A stretch of 18,900 bases of DNA from Candidatus Iainarchaeum sp. (lineage in GTDB: Archaea > Iainarchaeota > Iainarchaeia > Iainarchaeales > GCA-2688035): assembly GCA_028713935.1 (NCBI GenBank), contig JAQTNI010000025.1:1-18900 (forward strand), read 5' to 3'. The notes under the pieces were generated by a model. The model was given only the letters and a program-made list of their open reading frames with translations, ran no database searches and was not told the DNA's origin. Numbering within the stretch: position 1 is the stretch's first letter; each line of letters begins with the position of its first letter. The position numbers and the translations under genes are program-made. Shown piece by piece: positions 14,642-18,900 of this stretch.

Positions 14642-14670
14642 AATAAGGGCTATCAGGTATAATAAATTTT
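14642..14670 (-). promoter_or_regulatory. Conserved upstream module of paralog B (AATAAGGG 14642-14649; GTATAATAAATTTT 14657-14670)
   Basis: It has the same two boxes at the same spacing as 11970-11997. Confidence 0.3.
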
Positions 14671-14828
14671 GCCTGGCAAAAAAATGCCAAGTGAAACCTA
14701 TTTAAACCTTTGGAAGTGAAATTATTTTATCTTTGTTTTTGTTATTCTCCTTTGCTCCGGAATGGGCATTGGGGTGAAAAAAATTTTTCCAAGAAAAGTT
14801 TTATCAAAAGCGTAAATTAGGTGTTTTT

Positions 14829-15284
14829 ATGTCTAGGATGCATAGCAGCGGTAAGGGCAGGAGCGGGAGCAAAAAGCCTGTTTCCAAGAAAGCGCCTGAC
14901 TGGGTTGAATTGAAACCCAAGGAAATTGAAGAGGCAATTGCAGGCCTTGCCAATGCTGGGCATTCTGCTTCTGAAATAGGGATTTTGCTGAGAGACCAGT
15001 ATGGTGTGCCTGATACAAAGGCAATTGTGGGAAAGACAATAACAAAAATCCTTGAAGAGCATGGCTTGCTTGAAAAAATTCCAGAGGACCTTATGAACCT
15101 TATCAGGAGAAGCGTAAAGCAGAGGGCGCATCTTGAAAAAAACAAGAAGGATTTTGATGCAAAGCGCGGTTATCAATTGACTGTTTCAAAAATCAGGCGG
15201 CTTGTGGATTATTACAAGGAAAAGAAAAAACTGGCTTCTGATTGGCGTTACACTGAGCAGGCAGCGGAATTGCTTGCAAAATAA
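14829..15284 (+). CDS. rps15: 30S ribosomal protein uS15 (archaeal S15P / eukaryotic S13e type)
   Basis: Motifs are MSRMHSSGKGRSGSKKP, PDWVELKPKEIEEAI..LANAGHSASEIGILLRDQYGVPD and IPEDLMNLIRRSVKQRAHLEKNKKDFDAKRGYQLTVSKIRRLVDYYK. An SD-like AGGTG lies 6 nt upstream of the ATG. Confidence 0.95.
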   Translation: MSRMHSSGKGRSGSKKPVSKKAPDWVELKPKEIEEAIAGLANAGHSASEIGILLRDQYGVPDTKAIVGKTITKILEEHGLLEKIPEDLMNLIRRSVKQRAHLEKNKKDFDAKRGYQLTVSKIRRLVDYYKEKKKLASDWRYTEQAAELLAK

Positions 15285-15424
15285 CTGGGTGGTTTGATTG
15301 GATTTTGAAATTGTTTTTTTCAGGGACAAAAAAAATGTTTTTGAAGAAAAAGGCTCAATGGAAGCAAAAAAAATTTTGGAAAAATGCAATAAAATTCTGG
15401 ATTTAAAAATTTGAAGGATTTTTT

Positions 15425-16039
15425 ATGCCGGCGATTGAAGAATCTGCAAAGGAAACAGGGAAGAAAAAGGTAATCCAAAAAAGGGCAACTTTGGACAAGT
15501 GGAAGCGCAAGAAATGGTTCAAAATAGTTGCGCCTGCAGAATTCAACAAATCGGAATTGGGCGAAACAATTGTTGAAAAGCCGAAAAACCTTTTGAACAG
15601 GGCAATAAGGGCAAATCTTGGAGACTTGAGCGGCCAGAAAATAAAAAGGCACATTACGATTACTTTCAGGGTGAACAATGTGGAAGGCCAGCAGGCTTCC
15701 ACTGAAATTACTGGCCATGAAATCAACCCTTCTTTCATGCTAAGAATGACCAGAAGAAGAATAAGCAAAATGGAAGTTGTGCAATTAATTGAGACTTCCG
15801 ATGCAAAAAAACTGAGAATAAAGACAATTGCATTGTCAGTCAGGAAACTTGCCGCAAAGCAGGAAACAGCTATCAGGAACCTTATTCGGGAAGAAATTGA
15901 ACAAAGCTGTTCAAAAAAGAATTACGGGCAATTAATGCAGGAACTTGTTTTTGGGGCCCTTGCGGCAAAGCTTTTCAAGCAGGTAAAGGCAATTGCCCCA
16001 ATAAGGCGCCTTGAAATAGTCAAAAGCCAATTGGAATAA
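15425..16039 (+). CDS. rps3ae: 30S ribosomal protein eS1 (S3Ae)
   Basis: Motifs DKWKRKKWFKIVAPAEFN..ELGETI and ...ANLGDLSG...ITFRVNNVEGQQASTEITGHEINPSFMLRMTRRRISKME are typical of the archaeal/eukaryotic S3Ae family. Confidence 0.95.
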   Translation: MPAIEESAKETGKKKVIQKRATLDKWKRKKWFKIVAPAEFNKSELGETIVEKPKNLLNRAIRANLGDLSGQKIKRHITITFRVNNVEGQQASTEITGHEINPSFMLRMTRRRISKMEVVQLIETSDAKKLRIKTIALSVRKLAAKQETAIRNLIREEIEQSCSKKNYGQLMQELVFGALAAKLFKQVKAIAPIRRLEIVKSQLE

Positions 16040-16119
16040 AACAGCCCTGCAAATTGGATTTAAAAATTAATTACTGATTTCTATATTCAGGCAAAAATAA
16101 AATTGCCTGGCTGATTGCC

Positions 16120-16638
16120 ATGGATTTGTTGTTTCTTGCTGCAAAAACACTGATGCTTGCTGTGCCGCTTTACATTGCAAACGGCTGCGCATTGCTGTTT
16201 GGCGGAAAAACCCCGCTTGATTTTAATGCAAAATTCGTTGACAAAAAGCCATTGCTGGGAAAAGGAAAAACGTTCAAGGGGGCAATTGGCGGTGTGCTTT
16301 GCGGCACAATTGCTTCTGCGGCAATTTTTTTTGCGCTGCCGGTTGTTTCAGAAGCATTCGGAACAAGCTATCTGATTTTGGGTTTCCTGCTTTCGCTTGG
16401 GGCAGTGCTTGGCGATATTGCGGCTTCTTTTTTGAAAAGGCGCCTTGGAATAGAAAGGGGAAAAAGCGCTTTCCTCCTGGACCAGCTTGATTTTATTGCA
16501 GGAGGCCTGCTGATCGGGGCAATTGTTTATGCGCCAGGCATTGTTGAAATAGCGCTTCTTGCAGTGCTGACGCCTTTTTTTCATTTGGTTGGAAATTTCA
16601 TTGCATTCAAAACAAAGAAAAAAAAGGTGCCCTGGTGA
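16120..16638 (+). CDS. carS: CDP-archaeol synthase (CDP-2,3-bis-O-geranylgeranyl-sn-glycerol synthase, DUF46 family)
   Basis: A polytopic membrane protein with PLYIANGCALLFGG..PLDFN......LLGKGKTFKGAIGGVLCG and GDIAASFLKRRLGIERGKSAFLLDQLDFIAGGLL, which match the CarS/DUF46 family pattern. Confidence 0.88.
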   Translation: MDLLFLAAKTLMLAVPLYIANGCALLFGGKTPLDFNAKFVDKKPLLGKGKTFKGAIGGVLCGTIASAAIFFALPVVSEAFGTSYLILGFLLSLGAVLGDIAASFLKRRLGIERGKSAFLLDQLDFIAGGLLIGAIVYAPGIVEIALLAVLTPFFHLVGNFIAFKTKKKKVPW

Positions 16639-16641
16639 GGC

Positions 16642-16698
16642 CTTTCTTTGCAGGCAAAGAAAGCCCTGTGAAAGAAACAGTTTTTCTTCGAAAAACTG
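16642..16698 (+). terminator. Two tandem hairpins after carS: CTTTCTTTGC-AG-GCAAAGAAAG (16642-16663) and CAGTTTTTC-TTC-GAAAAACTG (16678-16698)
   Basis: The stems are perfect, 10 bp and 9 bp, read directly from the sequence. They start 4 nt after the carS stop codon (16636-16638). Confidence 0.4.
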
Positions 16699-16744
16699 AG
16701 GTTCGCTGCGCTCACATTAAAAAAAGTTTGAAGAAAAATATATC

Positions 16745-17254
16745 GTGAAAAAAATGCCACAAAACCAAAACTTGAAATTCAAAAAAGAATTTTTTTTTCT
16801 AATAAAATTTTTTGTGATTTTTGCGGTGCTGCAATTCCTGATTCTTGTTTTGCCATTGGCGCCTTTGCAGGAATTCATTGCAGGGGGCGAGGCTGGAGCG
16901 CTTGGAATGGAATCGCATGGAAACACTATTTTCTGGGATTCACAACGCTTTGAAATAAAAAATAATTGCACTGGCCTTGTTTCAGGCGCAATTCTTGCGG
17001 CAGTTATTTTTTCACTGAAAAAGCCTTCTTTCAAAAAAAAGTTTTTGATTGCAATAACCGGGGGAATTGGGCTTTTCCTGCTCAACCTGCCGCGCATCTG
17101 GATTGTATTGGCAATTGCAAAAAGCTTTGGCGCAGGGCTTGCGGAAACGCTTCATGAAATAACCTGGATTACAACGGCACTGCTTGTTCTCCTTATCTGG
17201 TATATTGCAACAAAAAAAATTGCGGGAATAAAAAATTTCAGCGAATTGATTTGA
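16745..17254 (+). CDS. Exosortase/archaeosortase-family protein (short form)
   Basis: The ORF is 169 aa from GTG 16745; an ATG at 16754 is an alternative start. It is a multi-TM protein with the family's ordered conserved residues: Cys in FEIKNNCTGLVSGAIL (C75), Arg in LLNLPRIWIVL (R117) and His in ETLHEITW (H137). Confidence 0.7.
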   Translation: MKKMPQNQNLKFKKEFFFLIKFFVIFAVLQFLILVLPLAPLQEFIAGGEAGALGMESHGNTIFWDSQRFEIKNNCTGLVSGAILAAVIFSLKKPSFKKKFLIAITGGIGLFLLNLPRIWIVLAIAKSFGAGLAETLHEITWITTALLVLLIWYIATKKIAGIKNFSELI

Positions 17255-17354
17255 AAAGCAAAACCCGTTTGCCAAATTAGAATTCCCCATGATTATTCGC
17301 TGCAAGCGAAATTGATTTAAATTGCAAAAAACAAGTTAATAAGGGCAAAAAAGA

Positions 17355-18900
17355 ATGAAAAAAATAATTTTACTGGCAATCATAACGACAATTCTCATTG
17401 CAAACGCATCGGCAGACCTCATAACAATAACCAGTGCGATTTGCACTTCCCCGGACAACAACCAGACCTGGTTTGATGGGAACACTTATTTTTTGAATGT
17501 GGATAGCAATGTTGATGTTTCAAACTGCCAATTGACAATAAACCCGGGGGCAATTGTAAAATTCAAGATAAATGTGGCAAACTATTTAAACATTACAAAC
17601 AAGGGCGTTTTGAAGGCACAAGGAACAAGCACAAACAAAATTGTTTTTACAAGTGGAGTTGATGATTCCATTGGAACAGCAGCCCAAGAACATGTTGAAG
17701 GCGTTTTTCCAAAAAAAGGTGATTATGGAACAGCAATTAATTTTTCCAATACTGCTGGTTTGACTTCTGATGCCAATGATTTGTTTAATTTGAACATTGG
17801 CTATTCTTCAAAAGCAATTGAATTTGGTTTTGCTTCATCACGCACTTATAATTCTATTCACGATTTGAATGTTCACGATACAAATGTTGCGGTTCTTGCA
17901 AACAACGGAAGCATCAGGATTGCTGGAAAATTGAAAAATTTTTACAACAATACAATTACAGACAACAATGCTGTTACCGCAGCAACTGCTGGCGTTTCAA
18001 TGACTGGTGCGGGAGCAATAACAAATTTTTATGATAACACAATTTTTAATAATTCTACTGCGGGCGCAGGCGCGGGAGTAAGGATTGTCGGGAGCGTAAC
18101 AAATTTTTACAATAACCAAATAACATACAATGTAATAACTGGGAATAGTGCTGTTGAGGGCGCAGGAGTTAGGATTGCTGGGGAGATAACAAATTTTTAT
18201 GATAACAACATTTCAAACAATGCAACAAGCGTTCAAAATGGCACTGGAATTTATTTTGGCGGCATAGTGTCCAATTTTTTTGACAATGTTATTTCAAACA
18301 ATGCTTCCGTGAGTGGCAATGGGGCGGGGCTTTTTTTTGATGTAAGCGGGGATGCAACAAATTTTTTCAATAATGATATTTCAAACAATTCTACAATTTT
18401 GGGCCATGGGGCTGGAATTTATGCAAATGATTATTTGACTGGAAATGTATACAACAATGTTTTCCAAAAAAATTCTGCTCATGCAGGAAGCGGAATTTAT
18501 TGTGGTGTCAGTATTGGCAATTTATACAACAACCTGTTTTTTGACAACAATGCCAACACGCCACACGGAATTATAGAAAATGATGGCAGCATAACAAATT
18601 TGCAAAACAATGTTTTTGCTTACAACAGTGGAACAGCAATTGTAGATTCTGTGGGCGGAATTGCAACAAGCAACAATAATGCCTTTTGGGCAAACGACAC
18701 AAACACTTCTGGTTACACAGAAGGCGCAAATTCTGTTTATTTGGGAACAAGCCCATTCATTAATGATGGAAGCGACAGAAACTTTTTGTTAAATTCTTAT
18801 GGAATTGCACAATTGCAGGGCACGGGAGATTCAACAATCGGCACAGATTCCTATTTCCAAGCAAAAACAGTTCGCTTTGACAACCGCTTAGACTACAACA
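17355..18900 (+). CDS. Secreted parallel beta-helix repeat protein (3' end outside the window)
   Basis: It is absent from the ORF track because it runs off the right edge. ATG 17355 gives MKKIILLAIITTILIANA|SADLITIT..., a Sec signal with A-N-A. About 10 coils of 25-29 aa follow: (I)TNFY(D/N)NxIxNNxxxxxGAG(V/I)xxxG (LKNFYNNTITDNN..., ITNFYDNTIFNNSTAGAGAGVRIVG, TNFYNNQITYN..GAGVRIAG, ITNFYDNNISNN..., SNFFDNVISNN..., TNFFNNDISNN...). The frame is open for 515 codons to the window end. Confidence 0.85.
   Translation, partial: MKKIILLAIITTILIANASADLITITSAICTSPDNNQTWFDGNTYFLNVDSNVDVSNCQLTINPGAIVKFKINVANYLNITNKGVLKAQGTSTNKIVFTSGVDDSIGTAAQEHVEGVFPKKGDYGTAINFSNTAGLTSDANDLFNLNIGYSSKAIEFGFASSRTYNSIHDLNVHDTNVAVLANNGSIRIAGKLKNFYNNTITDNNAVTAATAGVSMTGAGAITNFYDNTIFNNSTAGAGAGVRIVGSVTNFYNNQITYNVITGNSAVEGAGVRIAGEITNFYDNNISNNATSVQNGTGIYFGGIVSNFFDNVISNNASVSGNGAGLFFDVSGDATNFFNNDISNNSTILGHGAGIYANDYLTGNVYNNVFQKNSAHAGSGIYCGVSIGNLYNNLFFDNNANTPHGIIENDGSITNLQNNVFAYNSGTAIVDSVGGIATSNNNAFWANDTNTSGYTEGANSVYLGTSPFINDGSDRNFLLNSYGIAQLQGTGDSTIGTDSYFQAKTVRFDNRLDYN

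Noticed and set aside
1-18900. tRNA, rRNA or other structured ncRNA genes
   Set aside because: The intergenic regions are short and AT-rich. I saw no cloverleaf-compatible GC-rich 70-90-nt segments and no rRNA-like conserved stretches. Only small hairpins are present, and these are listed as features.

Overview
The window is a gene-dense, low-GC stretch of an archaeal chromosome. Archaea/eukaryote-specific markers show this: ribosomal proteins uS15 (S13e-type) and eS1 (S3Ae), the KEOPS kinase Bud32, CDP-archaeol synthase CarS, an archaeosortase-family protein, and a DUF361-type class III (pilin-like) signal peptide. The small housekeeping genes combined with very large secreted proteins suggest a DPANN-like episymbiont. 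That is an inference, not something the sequence demonstrates. Left to right, the content is: (1) a partial HExxH membrane metalloprotease (-). (2) A 1160-aa surface protein with a pilin-type signal, a LamG domain, three tandem Cys-rich repeats and a C-terminal parallel beta-helix (+). (3) A three-gene accessory islet: an orphan 219-aa gene (-) placed divergently from an overlapping DUF4258-like / Zn-ribbon-AbrB toxin-antitoxin-like pair (+). (4) A winged-helix regulator (-) placed divergently from a bacterial-type grpE-dnaK-[unknown 223-aa ORF]-dnaJ chaperone operon (+). (5) Two paralogous secreted tail-fibre-like repeat proteins (-) that bracket a lipobox lipoprotein and bud32 (+). (6) rps15, rps3ae, carS, an archaeosortase-like gene, and a second secreted beta-helix repeat protein that runs off the right edge (+). 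I found no rRNA, tRNA, CRISPR array, transposase or integrase. The best candidates for undescribed biology are the carS-archaeosortase-beta-helix surface-display cluster, the paralogous tail-fibre-like adhesin pair with a conserved N-terminal signal and PNPGH motif, the accessory islet, and the unknown ORF wedged into the Hsp70 operon. All functional calls come from by-eye motif recognition. No database search was run.
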